A DNA stretch of 54,971 nt, filler included, from Sphacelaria rigidula (lineage: Eukaryota): NCBI GenBank assembly GCA_964200075.2. It is 5 parts of 5 records of this genome, joined end to end, with 100 filler letters (N's around TTAATTAATTAA, not from the genome) between each part and the next. Parts side by side here need not be neighbours in the genome. Positions count along the whole stretch, not along the records: positions 1 to 10,915 come from CAXNAA020005685.1; positions 11,016 to 21,929 come from CAXNAA020005686.1; 3 more parts are not named here. The stretch is one strand, 5' to 3'. The position numbers and the translations under genes are program-made. Positions 1-12,394 of this stretch are shown piece after piece (positions within the stretch are counted from its first letter, which is position 1; each line of letters opens with the position of its first letter). A model generated the notes under the pieces. It searched no databases. It was not told the origin of the DNA and worked only from the letters and a program-made list of their open reading frames with translations.

Positions 1-151
1 CGCTTGTCAAACCCCGTGCGAAGTTGCTTCAGCAGCTGAGGCGGGAGTACGCACGCCCTGTGCTGTCACGAGACTGTCTCTTGCTGCCGTTGCAAAAATA
101 TCAAACGCTTCGTACTCTGGGAGTCTACGTCAATGCACGTACGTCACCTCA

Positions 152-250
152 GAAAGATCGGGGGAGTCACGATCTCGGAACGGTTTCCCCCCGATTTTTC
201 CGGGAAAATCGGGAAAAACCGTTCCGAGATCGTGACCCCCCGATTTTTTC
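152..250. repeat. Imperfect palindrome / hairpin (~45-bp arms)
   Basis: GAAAGATCGGGGGAGTCACGATCTCGGAACGGTTT...GATTTT (152-197) is the reverse complement of AAAATCGGGAAAAACCGTTCCGAGATCGTGACCCCCCGATTTTTTC (205-250), with few mismatches. Confidence 0.9.
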
Positions 251-394
251 GGCCCCGACTTGGTCCAAATCCTTGTCCATAAATTGCGTTCCCCAATTTT
301 TTGTCCCCCCGATTTTGAAAAAATCAAGATTCGTGCTTGCCATGAAAGTGGGTCTAATGCTCCGTGGTTCCTTACTGTACTGATATACCGTTGA

Positions 395-1340
395 TCAGGT
401 TTCCCCATCCGAGTTTGCGTGTTTATATTGTATTTCTTTCAGCGTGGGGATGACACCGCCTGCAGTTCGATATAGCAATGAGATCTTCCCCGCCAGAGGA
501 GAAATTATATTTCCTGCCTGGTTGCATAGGAACCTCTGAGGAACTTGGGTTTCGCACACTGAGAACTGAGCACGACAAATCTCCCCTCTTTCGACCGCGG
601 GTCCGAATCGAAGGGGCTGATGCAATGTGAAAAACTCCGACCAAGATCTGTGGGGGTGCGAGCAGCTACATTTTAAACTTGTTTAAACACTCAGATAAGT
701 TTGTGGTGTACTGTAACATCGGTACACCGTGTTCAGCTTCGGGCACGCACTAGAAAAAAAGTAAACATACGTTTATGGGCGTTGCACATCACGTCCAGAT
801 AGTCAAGTACGGCAACATGACACTGCAGGCAGGAAAGTAGTTACGCCACAGGAGTACAGCACGACGCAGTAGGAGTATACCTCAAGAAATTCGGTGCCTG
901 GCCACGATCGGGCAGCTCCCTTCAGCACGACGGGTGTCTCCCGACGCGCTAGCACTAAACCAAATGTCGACTGCCCATTATTCTCAGTCCTTTCTTCCAC
1001 CTTCTCTGGGAGCATATCCCCCGTTCTCGTTTTACCTTGACAGTTCAACAGATCCCGGAATAACCGGCGTCGGATTCAACTAACATGCACAGGCCATCAT
1101 CCACCGACTTAGGTCGTTGTATCGCATTATCATATTTCATGTTCCAGATTGTGGTATCACCACCACTTGACGAAACTTTTCCTACGATCATCTACCTCTG
1201 TAGTTTTTATCTCTAGATTATACTTCTCACCCAGTAATGATAATTCCTTGTCGGTGAATCTCTATCCAGAACTGAGTTTGTTTAGGGCGGAGACTAATGG
1301 TGATCTCTTGCCTCGCAGCTCGAGACGCCCCAACTAAGGA
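395..1340 (-). pseudogene. Possible decayed JmjC/Cupin_8-like gene fragment
   Basis: ORF 803-1048 contains RETPVVLKGAARSWP, which resembles the PVVxxGxxxxWPA motif preceding JmjC domains. Upstream coding-like sequence has stops, and the possible next exon (~400-615) needs a frameshift. Only one motif supports this. Confidence 0.3.
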
Positions 1341-2266
1341 AAATGACAGATTGTAAAGAGCTTAGATCCCTCGTGGAAGTCATTTTCTTTTTCGCCTCCA
1401 TCACGGAAGTGGCCCTGGCGCCGAAATGTCGTATCTGCTAGTGCAGAATCAGTTTTGACTGCACTGCTGTGCTGTGACTCCGAGCTATCGTGCACAGTCT
1501 ATCACATCTGCTATCTACTCTTCTGGTTCATTTAACTGAGGTATGTATGGACCAGTAGTAAGCAACGGACCAGTTGGTGCAAGGTGACTGTATTGTGCAT
1601 TGTGCATCACTGATCACATCTGCTGGTTGCTGGTCGGCAACGGTACATACACGCAGTATAATACCGTTGCCGCAAGCTGCCGTGTATCAAGCCGACTTCC
1701 ACTTCAAATTCTCACATAGACAAGTATGGTGGCATGAAAAACTGGGGAGCCGCTTAGGTGCAAGAGTAGGACCAGTATTCTTGCGGCGTTTCCCGCGGAA
1801 TGCGCGTTGTGTGAAGACCAGGTAAACTGCGACTATCGTCAATTCGATGACCGTTATTTGCTGCGAAATGTGGACCGACGTTGATCGATTGATTGATTGA
1901 CGCACTTTAATTTACTGACCCCCAGGGATCCAGCATCACATAATGGACGTACCCCAGATGATACAAATGCAAAAGAAGAGGTTGCAGTGCCGTTTGCCGC
2001 TTGTCCCACGATATGATACACGGCACGGTTCGGTTGGTGTTGAACCGAACTGCCGTCTCTATTGTGAGACTTGTACCCTAACTCTACAGTATATACCTTT
2101 CTTGGTACACGCAGGCTGCATGAAACTGGACAAGGTGCGGGAATTTTCATTCAACCGCAAGGCCATCCCCCCACCCCACTCATTATTGTTTTTGCGCCCT
2201 TTTCTTCGAACCACGGCCATACCGAAGCCACTGGCTTCTTTTACCACGAACGCCGGCACCACCGTC

Positions 2267-2605
2267 ATGCGATTTCGGAAATCAAGGGCAAGCGACGGGC
2301 TGCTGGGGGGGCAAGACTGTCCAGACAGCGGAAGTTATGATGATGAAAGGAAGCTTCGGGCCTTCAAGAAGAAGTTCTACTTCACGCTTATCGCGGCCGT
2401 GCTGACCATCGCGGTGTCGGCGCTGAGGCGGTACCGTCGGGGGGAATGGTGGGCGCTCTTTGGTGACTCCGGTTTGGATGAGCGGCTGCAGACGAGGGTA
2501 GGGCTGTCGACAACTGATGACGCAGATGATGTGCCCAGGAAGTGTACCAAGAGCCCGCTGGAGAAGAGACAAGCTCGCCCCCAGTACGGATGTGCCGACA
2601 TTGAT
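2267..2605 (+). CDS. Membrane-anchored PKDCC/POMK-like protein kinase, exon 1 (N-terminus with TM helix)
   Basis: ATG at 2267; hydrophobic FYFTLIAAVLTIAVSAL follows KKK; ends YGCADID with a phase-0 GTATGT donor at 2606. Confidence 0.75.
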
Positions 2606-5600
2606 GTATGTTGCATCCGATGTGCCTAGCAGAGAGTTGTGCGCGAAGACTTTATGTGCTTCGCTGCGGTAGATTGCTTGAAGTTGCTTCATGTGTTGGA
2701 CCACCATTACAGATCCGGCGGATCCTACCCGAGGCCCGGTGGCCCGCAGAGTAAACGAATTGACCCCTTGCTGAAGATTAGTCTCCTTTGGACACTTCTG
2801 GCAACAACCTTTACAGCTTGAAGAATTGTACCACAAACTCGCACGCAAATTGCTGCTGCTCACCCCACAATATCGCACCAACGCCCCTGAAACAAGAAGG
2901 TATCTCGTAGTGAAGTGGATAACGGCTACGCCTCTGAGGGTATCCTACATCTGCGCTTACTGTCTGTAACTGCTGGTGCAGACCTTGGAATTGAGCACCC
3001 ATTTTCAATGATCGCTCGCTCCGCCCGACCATCGGTTCGAGATGAGACTTATTCATGTATTCATCACTACGGAATTTGTACTGCCTTCCCTCGCGGCATT
3101 TTTTCGAGGAAATTGCAGTCATCGTTGTGGACCCTCTGAGAATATTTGGGACGTGAAACTTAAATGAATACAAAGTGCACAGGTGGGTGGCACAAGAGAG
3201 CCAGTTAGAGCAGGTTTTCGATCGAGCCCTTGGATAACGAATTAGGCAGACACGTGCGCTCTGCGCACTCGAGGGACAGTTTGCGGCTGTCACCCCCGCT
3301 AAAGATCCGAATGTTGGTGTTCACACTCAAATCAAGTAATAAAATTCCGGGAAGGTTCTAATTGACCAAGTGGTCCACGCTACTGAGGTACAGGCTATAC
3401 CGTAGTCCAAGCGCCTGAGTTTAGGCCGTGTCTTATCGGGAAAAAAAGAAAGAGTGCGAAAGGGAACAATAAGTGTCCGAAAGCAGCATGCTGATTCGTT
3501 ACCGCAACCATTGACCCGCTCAGGGATCAACATGCTGCTTTTGGACGCTCATATCCTGTTGCTGCTTCTTTTTTTCTTGTCTTGGCCTTACACCCGTGTA
3601 ATCGGCCAAAGCCGCCGCACAACTGGGTGTGATGATGATAGCCACAGGCATGTAGACCTCAACTTGGCGGAACTTGCACCTGGTTGTGGCGGATGGACGG
3701 GTGCTGAAAAAGCCATAGGTCCACTCTTCTGGAGGTGGCCAAACAACAGCACCTTCACTTTCGAGCTCTTCCCACAAGGTATACACCCGTCCCTGACGTA
3801 CGACATGTGACCTCTTCGAACGAAATCACCCCCTGGACAAATGTGGTCAAAAGTACGAGTTGCGATACGAAAAAATCGTACTGTGTAAAGTATAGGCCTA
3901 CTGAACAACTAGTGCCGTCCGACAATAGTTGCAATAAGCTTGTACTTCGCGCAGCTGGGTTTTTGATACTGCAACTGGTGAACACATAATTGTCAGGGTG
4001 TGAAACGAAAATCCGGCCCTTCTCTTTGTGTGCGAAGGGTGCGGCTGTAGATTTTGCCCGCGACAGACGCCCTATGCAAGGACAAACAGAATTCGGCGCG
4101 ACGAATGCCAACAATGGAGAGTCATGATTGCCGAAGCCCCGAAGCAATGGTAGACGCAAAAACTCTCCCCCGTGTTTGTTGTCTTCAATGCTTCTGTTTT
4201 GCCTTCTTCTCTCTGTTTTTTCCGCGATATGGCTGTCTCCTCTTTTCCTCCTCTCCCCTCCTCTGGTTAATTTTTGCCTCCGTCACACTTCCTCTGTGCT
4301 AAAAGTAAAGTCTTTCACGAGATGCAGATCCTCCTCAACCTCCTCAACGCGGGTGCTCCCGATCCCCTAGTTCGATACTCATGATCATGCATGCAAATGC
4401 GCATTGGAGGGGGGGGAGCAATCCGAGTCACACTTCCTGAGAAATTTGGGTCGAAATTTGGGAATTTTTTGGGAATATTTGAAGGGCAGGTCGGCTAGGG
4501 TACACCTGATATCTTGGTTTTTGACAAGTGGAGATACTTCCCATGCCCGCAGCAGCAGCCAGCCCAGTGCCGTTGTTCCCCTCTCTAAAGGTCATGCACG
4601 TCATCGTGGCTGCCTTCGGATTGCTAGTTTTCAAAATACAACAATATGGGGTATACCCTACTGGACAGGCCCTTGGCATATTGAGGATTTTGGGCAATTT
4701 TCGTGGTAGCGGGGCGACAGTGGGCGGCAACGTTGGAAAGAGAGGTATAATCGATCAGGCGGGCTTCACTGAGGCGTGGGACCACCTAGCATTCACTTGC
4801 AGTGATGGCGAGGATGATTTTTTTTTTATGTCGGATTTCTTTCCCCGGAAGAGTGGGGCAGAATACCGCCATTTTTTGTGCCGATTGATCGTATTCAGCC
4901 GTTGGCCTGTGCATCGTAATGAGGACATAGATTTCAACAAGAAAACGCCGGTGAATTTACTATAATTTTCGATTAAGGCATCGGACACGGTTAGCCCTTA
5001 GACGGCGAGAGTAGGTCGCATGTTGAATCGGCATCAATTTCACGTGAAAAATTATGCGTGACGCAGATGGACTACCCTCTTACGGGCCCGTGTAAACTTT
5101 TAATATTTTACTTATGGCACGGAGGAGATATGTCCAGGATGTTGGCGACTCCCGGTTGCTGAGCTGGTATGCCGTTGCTCGGGTTATTCCCATCTGGCGG
5201 TGGGTCCATGGGTACGGGCCAAATTTCATGACGCAGACCCCAATTCCGAGTAATTTAATTAATGTTATTACCAGTCCCTCTACATTTCTTGACGCATTCG
5301 ATAACGCAAACTTGATTTCGGTATGGACTCCGTCAAACTTGTGTTCACCGGCCTTCTGCTGCCCTCAGCCGCAGTACAGGACAGTGCTGCGGAGAGATGT
5401 ATCTAGGACAACAGTGGCCTCACAAGGGATGCTTTGTATTCCTGTATACGGGTTGGTGTACCAAACGTTCGCTATGAGCTCTGACGTGCCTGCTGTATGG
5501 TTGCGGTGGCCCGGGTTTGCGTTGCAGTCTCCATTTGCGCTCAACTTGCTCCTCCTCCTGTATCCTCCACGGCTTTGGATACGGGCAGGGCGTGAGATAA

Positions 5601-7097
5601 GACGGTGCTGTCGTCGTCGTTGTGCGTTGTTTCATGCTCCCGGACGGCACAACCCCAAGAAAAGGACTACATCAGCATCAATGCTGCTGGCTCCCTATTA
5701 TTAGCTGTCGTGCTTCGTTCTGGATGGCTCGTGTTGATCGGTACCGTACAGACAGTATTCACGCCATGCCCACCGCCTGGCGAGGGTTGGCGTATCTTGC
5801 GGTAAAGATACATTCGGTGCCGCGACAGAAATTATTTCAGAGATGCAACGGCAAAGATGACCGAGCACTATACTCACCAAACATCAAACAGCTAACGTAA
5901 ACATGTATCCCTGTTGCGTGTGCGACCCCGTGTGCTAGAACACCGCCCCCTTTCGAAGGTGTACCGTAAGCTTGCTTGATGATAACATGGTTCTCGTGAA
6001 AAAAATCATCGATATACTGTCCTGGGCTATAGCTAGCTAGCGGAGGGAAATGAAGCCCAGACCGGGCCTGGACATGAAAAAACTCAAACAACTCAGTCTC
6101 GTTGACCTCTCAGCGATACGCGAGGCTTGAGTAGCGCACGTGTGCCCACCGACACAGAAATCCCGGGTTGAATCCGTGCGAGAATCACGGATAACAACAA
6201 AAAAATAGCCGATTTGAGTTTAATTATTCCATAACAACCCCGACCCATGGAATCGGTGCCTCCCATCTGACTGTTTCTGTTGTTGATGGGGTATATCTTT
6301 GAGCACGGGAACGCACCACCTGGATCACGCAACTTCAGTGAGGTACCCCCCGCCATAAAACTGATATTTTTTCATTCGTGGAGCCGTGTCCTATTGACAA
6401 TCAATCGTTTTTCTCAAGGCGGCCTGTGATTGGCCGCTGTGATACTACCCCTCAAAAATGATTCACCCAAATATCGCTTGTGCACAACTCTGTTTTGCGA
6501 ACAGATGTTGAAAAACGATTAATCCTCTTGGGTGAAAGCTCGGCCTGAAAAAACGCCCGGAAGTGTTGCAGCTGTTGACCACGAGTCTGACTGAGTGAGA
6601 GGGCGGGTGCGATGATGTTTGACGAAGACGCCTCCGACCGACAAGAAAAACCCATTGACGAAGACATGCGAGCGGTTGAAAATGGTGCTGCTAGTTTCTT
6701 TGATGGCGAGCGCATGAGAACGCACAGTTTACAGTTTTCGCACGCATGTAGAGAGTACGGTACGGTTCAACGCAGATGGTGATTTATATCCACTGACTCC
6801 TTCTAGGTCTCTCGATGAAATTGACGGTTGGCGATTTTCAAACATTTGTGGTGGAAAACATACTGTATGATACAGCAAAGGTACGGAATTCGCTCCGTCA
6901 CAAATACGGGTAGTCGAAATCATTTCGGTGTTTGTTCGCCCGGCGTGTCTGTCTTGGATCTATCATCTATCTCCCCTCTGCGCCGCTCCGAGAAAAGAAA
7001 ATGATCAGTATTCGATAACTTACACCCCGTTTCATTCGCACGTGTACGTGACGTTTGCTGGATGACGCTCTCATCCCATTTGCGAAAAATCACGCAG

Positions 7098-7274
7098 AAA
7101 ATCTTGAAGAGGGAATCTGGGGAATTAAAGTTCTTGGGTCGAGGGTACTGGCGAGAGGTGCACCTCGTGAACTACGATGGACGGGACATGGCGCTGAAGA
7201 CACTGAGAGATGACCAGCAGGAAACTAAACGAAATAAGGAGCGCCACCGATGGGAAGCAGCAGCGATGGATGCG
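7098..7274 (+). CDS. Kinase exon 2 (Gly-rich loop, VAIK lysine, alphaC Glu)
   Basis: CAG acceptor 7095-7097; LGRGYWREV, MALK, RHRWEAAAM; phase-0 GTGAGT donor at 7275. Confidence 0.9.
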
Positions 7275-7429
7275 GTGAGTGTGGATTGTTGCGTTTAGGT
7301 CCTTGACCAACCAATGAAATCGCTTTGGACGTCGCGGTTCGAGGGTGTAGCCACGGGAGGGGACCTTAAGAAATGTTCGAACACAACGGCTGATGGGAAA
7401 CATCATGGAATGTCACAATCTAGCACTAG

Positions 7430-7455
7430 CCCTAACCCTAACCCTAACCCTAACC
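7430..7455. repeat. Interstitial telomere-type repeat (CCCTAA)4
   Basis: CCCTAACCCTAACCCTAACCCTAACC in kinase intron 2. Confidence 0.9.
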
Positions 7456-9005
7456 CCGACCCAAGGCGCACGAGACCCTCCGGCAAGGAGGGTGCATAGA
7501 TTCCCCCAGGCAAACTGTGCGTTGGCAGACTTCAAGTCGTCGCCTAAAACGGCGACTTCGACAAAAACACGTTCTAGACGAGCTGGGTACACTGCTCACC
7601 TGCCCCAAACCATGAATTTTCTCAGAACTTTCTCAAGTCTAAAGTCAAGTAGTCATCCCCGTCAACCGTTGTGTACGAACATTTCTTGAGATGTACCGAT
7701 CCCCGGTGTGACGACGCGCGGATTATTTTTCAACACTAGGACCGAAGCGCACAAGGGTAGGGTGGTTCGTGCACTGCGCTAAATTATCATGGGGTTTTGG
7801 CGGTTTTAAGAACCCCCACACTGTCTTGCGCAAATTTTCCCGAACGCTCGAGGCGTCTACCCCACATGACTGCCGGGAGTCGGTCTAGCCGAGCCTCCAG
7901 GTAATTGGCACACGAACTCGCTCGTGGGGTAAGTGTTGGGTGAGGTTCCCTCCTTCCTTCCAGGGAGGAGAAAAAAAAACGGGAAGGTTGTTACACACGG
8001 GGTGTGGGCTTCTGCTTGGAAGTTTGAACACGGGTAACCTTGCGTGCGTTCGGCGAGTCGTGATTCGCGGTGACTCGCGTCCGGTAAGTCATACAGACGA
8101 AATTGGCTTTTTTCATATCGAACCCCTACGGGTCCTTCGGGAGAATAAGGACCAGTCTGGCTCAAGTTCTGAATAATGGATGTTGGTGATGACTCGTAGA
8201 GTTCGGATCCTGTGAGTCACTCGGAAAAATGAAGACGAGCCCGACTCGCGTGCCAGGAGTCATTCGTAAAAATTAAGGACGAGTAGGGATTCGGGTGGTA
8301 CAGGTCATCCTTGAGTTTTTTTAGGATGAGTAGGACTCAATCGTCGATCACTTCATTCGATAGGGTGCGGGTGGTAGCAAACACCGCTTGTGGCTGCTGT
8401 TCTCCATCTCCCATCATGACGGGAAAAAAATTGGGGACAATTTTTTTGCGGATGAACCAGGACAGGGAATGAAGACATCAACAAAAAAATGACGCGAGTA
8501 CCCTGCTGCGGATAACCACAGAGAAGTATCACCACCCAGATAACTCTCTGTCGCTACCTTCGTCTGCTACGCGGGATGCTGTTGTGTCTTCGATGGTTTG
8601 CACGGCGCCTCTGATGCACCCGGTTTTAGGGCAACGCACTAAACAGATACCACAACTTGGTCAGTACAGGCGTACGTATATAACATTCCTGAACAGACGT
8701 GAAACTAGGTCCGGGTCCGCAAGATCTGCAGTCGTGTCGGGATTTTTGATGTCGATTTGCCGAGGAATCACGATCCCTGATACCTATCCCGGGTGTGTGC
8801 GGGGGCGGTTATGTCTTTACAGGCAAGATCCGGTGTGCATGTGGAAGCTACTGTGTCCCAAAAACAACTTCACTACATCCTACCCAACCAAATCCAAGCG
8901 GGAGAAGAGACATATATTTCTTTGATTCAGGACATGTTGCCCCATCATCAACTCTCAACCCGCGGCCTTCTCCGTCCGCTTCCACATTCCCCGCGGCTCT
9001 CGCAG

Positions 9006-9425
9006 GTGAAAGATCACCCCAATATCGTGCATCTCTTGGGCAAGTGCGAATCCGACATGGTGACGGAGTACTTCCCCAATTACCTGGAGACGTTACTGCT
9101 CGGCGTGGGGGTGTCATCTGATAGCTCAGAAGACTCACGGGAGTCGGTGCCCTTGGTGAAAATATCCACGCGTCGGATTCTCGAAATGGCGCGTGATGCC
9201 GCGCGAGGGCTGCAGGCATTGCACGAAGCGGAAGGGGGGCCCATCGTACATGCTGACTTGCAGCCGCGGCAACTTTTGCTGGATGACCAGGGGGTCGTCA
9301 AGATTAACGATCTGAACAGATGTCGATTCATGGGTACGGATGAAGACGGCAAACCGTGCCCGTTCAAGATTAGCAAGGCTAACGGTGTGTGGCGATCGCC
9401 CGAGGAGTACTCGGACGAAAAAGGG
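9006..9425 (+). CDS. Kinase exon 3 (catalytic loop, metal-binding and activation segment)
   Basis: CAG acceptor 9003-9005; HPNIVHLLG, IVHADLQPRQLLL, KINDLN, WRSPEE; phase-0 GTGAGT donor at 9426. Confidence 0.92.
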
Positions 9426-9976
9426 GTGAGTGTGCTTTGCTAATGATGTATGTGCGTGTAGTGATGCGCCTCCTTGCATGCGTGTGTGCTTTGTGGGGGT
9501 ATTGTGCCATCTTGTGGACGACCCAGTCACTGAGACTCGTCACCTGTGATCACACGACAAATTGGAAATGCTGAGCTATAAAATCGTGTGCTTTAATATG
9601 GTGTACTTGGTGCTCTGTCGTAAGGCTCCCCTACCCGCCCTCGAACATCCGTCGTGATGACTTGTGATGAATCATCGCATGAAGTTCACTTGGAGGTTTA
9701 GAATCAGCTTGCCAGGTGTCGGCAAGGGTTTCACGTTGTACCGCTCCCTGTGTCTCGACCATCCGCTGCGCATGTCTATACTAGAATCTGATGTGATTTC
9801 GCCTCGGCTATTTTTACCAGTCTCGCAGTTTCAAGCCGTGTTGGTGTCAGTGTCATAGCGATCCACGTTCCCGACTACCCAGATTCGAACCTCAACTCCA
9901 AAGTTCGCCTCGAAGGGCACCTAACCTCACTGATGCGATGATTGACCCCTTCCCTCTCGTCGATTATGGAGAGCCA

Positions 9977-10288
9977 TGCACAACAATGTATTTGTGAGAT
10001 TGAGAGTAGAGGATATGATTGAGAGTGAAAAGTGGCCAATGAGTGAGTGAACCGTTTCAGTTCCGAAATGCCCCTCCACGAGGCCCGATATCCTTCCTGT
10101 AGTAGCTTGCCACTGAGGCCCTTGACATCCCCGAGTAGGATATCGACCTGTAGCTGTAAGCACACGCTAGTGATGGAGGCAAAGAAAAGCACACCCGGAA
10201 TGAAAAAAATGACCAAGTAAGAGCGAATGATCAAAGCCACTCTCAATCAGCCCTCTACTCTCAATCTCACGAAAAGATTGTTGTACGT
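9977..10288. repeat. Inverted repeat pair (~50-bp arms) in kinase intron 3
   Basis: The reverse complement of 9977-10027 (CACTCTCAATCATATCCTCTACTCTCAATCTCAC...) matches 10238-10288 (CACTCTCAATCAGCCCTCTACTCTCAATCTCAC...). Confidence 0.8.
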
Positions 10289-10516
10289 ATCCTGCATCGC
10301 CAGAACCTTTGGCGCGGTGCGCGTTATCACAAGTCTCTGTCTACCGAAGACTGGGAAGCTCCCATGCAACCCTGTCAGCCTAAACATGTGCCGCGCAGAC
10401 TACCTACCTCAAGACATCGCTGCCAGATGTTGAAAATATTGTTTTTAGCTACATTTCCTTCTCTCCTTCTTTTGTGTGTAACGTGTCGAATTCCGCCCCG
10501 AACCTGATGTCTGCAG

Positions 10517-10681
10517 CGCTTGACCGAAAAACTAGACGTGTACAGCATGGGCATGATTTTCTGGGCCATGTACGGCAGGGAGCCGCCCTTCAAGAGAGAT
10601 TCCAACCATCACTATAAGGAGAAGGCAATTGCCGGAGAACGGCCGAAAGTCGATGACTCCTGGCATAAGGGTTTTGTTGAG
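10517..10681 (+). CDS. Kinase exon 4 (subdomains IX-X); gene truncated by contig end
   Basis: CTGCAG acceptor; LTEKLDVYSMGMIFWAM...GERPKVDDSWHKGFVE; GTGAGC donor at 10682. Subdomain XI is absent before the linker. The four exons join in frame to give 367 codons. Confidence 0.9.
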
Positions 10682-10790
10682 GTGAGCGAAACAAATGTGT
10701 GTGTTCTGTGAAAGCACGGTGGTTGAGAGGGTGCCGTGCGCTCTCCCGTCACCCAAAATCAAGGCTGGAAGGGAATCCAAGCGCTCGCTG

Positions 10791-10915
10791 GCGGGGGGGG
10801 GGGGCTGTACTCATGCTCTTGCACGCCGTAGTCATATTACCATTGACCTCGTATCCTTACAAAGCCGGGGCGGAGCACGCCGCGTTTTCCCCGGACCAGG
10901 CTCTACTCTGGGGGG
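10791..10915 (+). mobile_element. G-tract-flanked short dispersed element (copy 1, at contig end)
   Basis: Gn-TGTACTCATG...CCATTGACCTCG...TACAAAGCCGGG.CGGAGCACGCCG...CCGGACCAGGCT-Gn; homologous to 25265-25384 and 48580-48726. Confidence 0.85.
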
Positions 10916-11015
10916 NNNNNNNNNNNNNNNNNNNNNNNNNNNNNNNNNNNNNNNNNNNNTTAATTAATTAANNNNNNNNNNNNNNNNNNNNNNNNNNNNN
11001 NNNNNNNNNNNNNNN
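10916..11015. other. Artificial contig linker (N44-TTAATTAATTAA-N44)
   Basis: 100-bp linker with stops in all six frames, repeated every 11,014 bp. Confidence 0.97.
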
Positions 11016-12138
11016 ATTACAGCGGCGGAGGCGGCCCTTCACTCCTGCGCGCGCCACCTGAGGCAAACGCACGCTGTAGCTGCAACACGGACAGCTTTAC
11101 AAAATGTGATTTAGCGCTTAGCGAGAGGTTATATCCTGCGTACACGTTGGCCGCGACACAAGCGGTTGCACTCATGATGTGGCGAACTGCATAGAACAAC
11201 GCGATTACAATGCAGGACAGGGATAGGCTAAGGATGTCATGTCCTGCAGTGTGCTTTGTCACCCTGCACCCTGCCGCTGGGCAATAAGCAGGCAGTACCA
11301 CCGAACGCGCCGCGCTGTGGTTGGTACGCAGTGTCGGCTCCACACCCATAGGGTAACTTCTGCATTGAATTAAATTCAACGCGCAGAGCGTGCTATTTTC
11401 GAGCAGCGCGCGCGCTAGCGCGTGCGCGATTTTCCGTGTTGCCGACATCGTGCCAGCGCGCTTGTGCACTACAGCGTTGTACTCCTCTGGGGCAACCCTT
11501 CACGGTATTGCTCCTGATGTTCATCACGCTTTATTCGAAAACACGCAGAAGAGATGCCAGCGAGTCCGTCGTTGTTGCACTTGGAGGTGTGGTGAACCAG
11601 TTTTTTTCGATCTAGTACTGCCGCATGCTCCGTGCTGTACCAAAGAGTACGCCGTACCAGTTCAAAAATGGATATGCATGATATGAACGCCACCAACATG
11701 CTCTGGTTATCATAAACTGTGTACGAGGCGCGGGAAGCGTAGTTTTTGTTAAGGAATGCAAGGACGCATTCATACTGCAGTACAAGCAGTTTTTATTTTC
11801 AGCATGCAACACGTGATTCGAACGAGACACAAGACAAAGCATTCACATGATGATACCTGGGCGTTTTAATACTGACATGACTCCACTAGTCCCTCCACTG
11901 CCTACCGTAACGAGATGAATACCACGTGTGAATACAAAAGAAGTTACGGGCAGACCTTCATTTTAGAGTAGGAAGGCCCAGCCGAAACCACTCCGGTTTC
12001 ACCGCCGAAATCTGAGACGGCGAGGTCACAAACATCGAATTGAATCGAAATTGGAAGCGCCCTGGACACGGGCCAATCTATGCTGAAGATATTCGAAATA
12101 CGACAAAAGCACTAGCGAGTGTACCGGTTACGTTTCGG

Positions 12139-12392
12139 AGGTCCTCGGTAGGCGCTGGGGAAAGTCTAGTGGTAGCACAGCAAACAATTTTTCTTAGCAT
12201 GGCGTACTTGGGTTCATGCTGCCACGCACATCTTAGCTCCCTCCTACACGATTCGGTACCATTTTTCCAGGTCCTCGGTAGGCGCTGGGGAAAGTCTAGT
12301 GGTAGCACAGCAAACAATTTTTCTTAGCATGGCGTACTTGGGTTCATGCTGCCACGCACATCTTAGCTCCCTCCTACACGATTCGGTACCAT
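12139..12392. repeat. Recent tandem duplication (124 bp, period 130)
   Basis: AGGTCCTCGGTAGGCG...GATTCGGTACCAT at 12139-12262 and 12269-12392, apparently identical. Confidence 0.95.
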
Positions 12393-12394
12393 CT

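Noticed and set aside
4400-6900. Nested genes in kinase intron 1
   Set aside because: Only short or stop-interrupted ORFs without motifs; probably old TE debris that I cannot classify.
11370-11435. LRR-like peptide ALARALLENSTLCALNL on the minus strand
   Set aside because: A single repeat with no supporting exon structure; could be chance or a tiny remnant.
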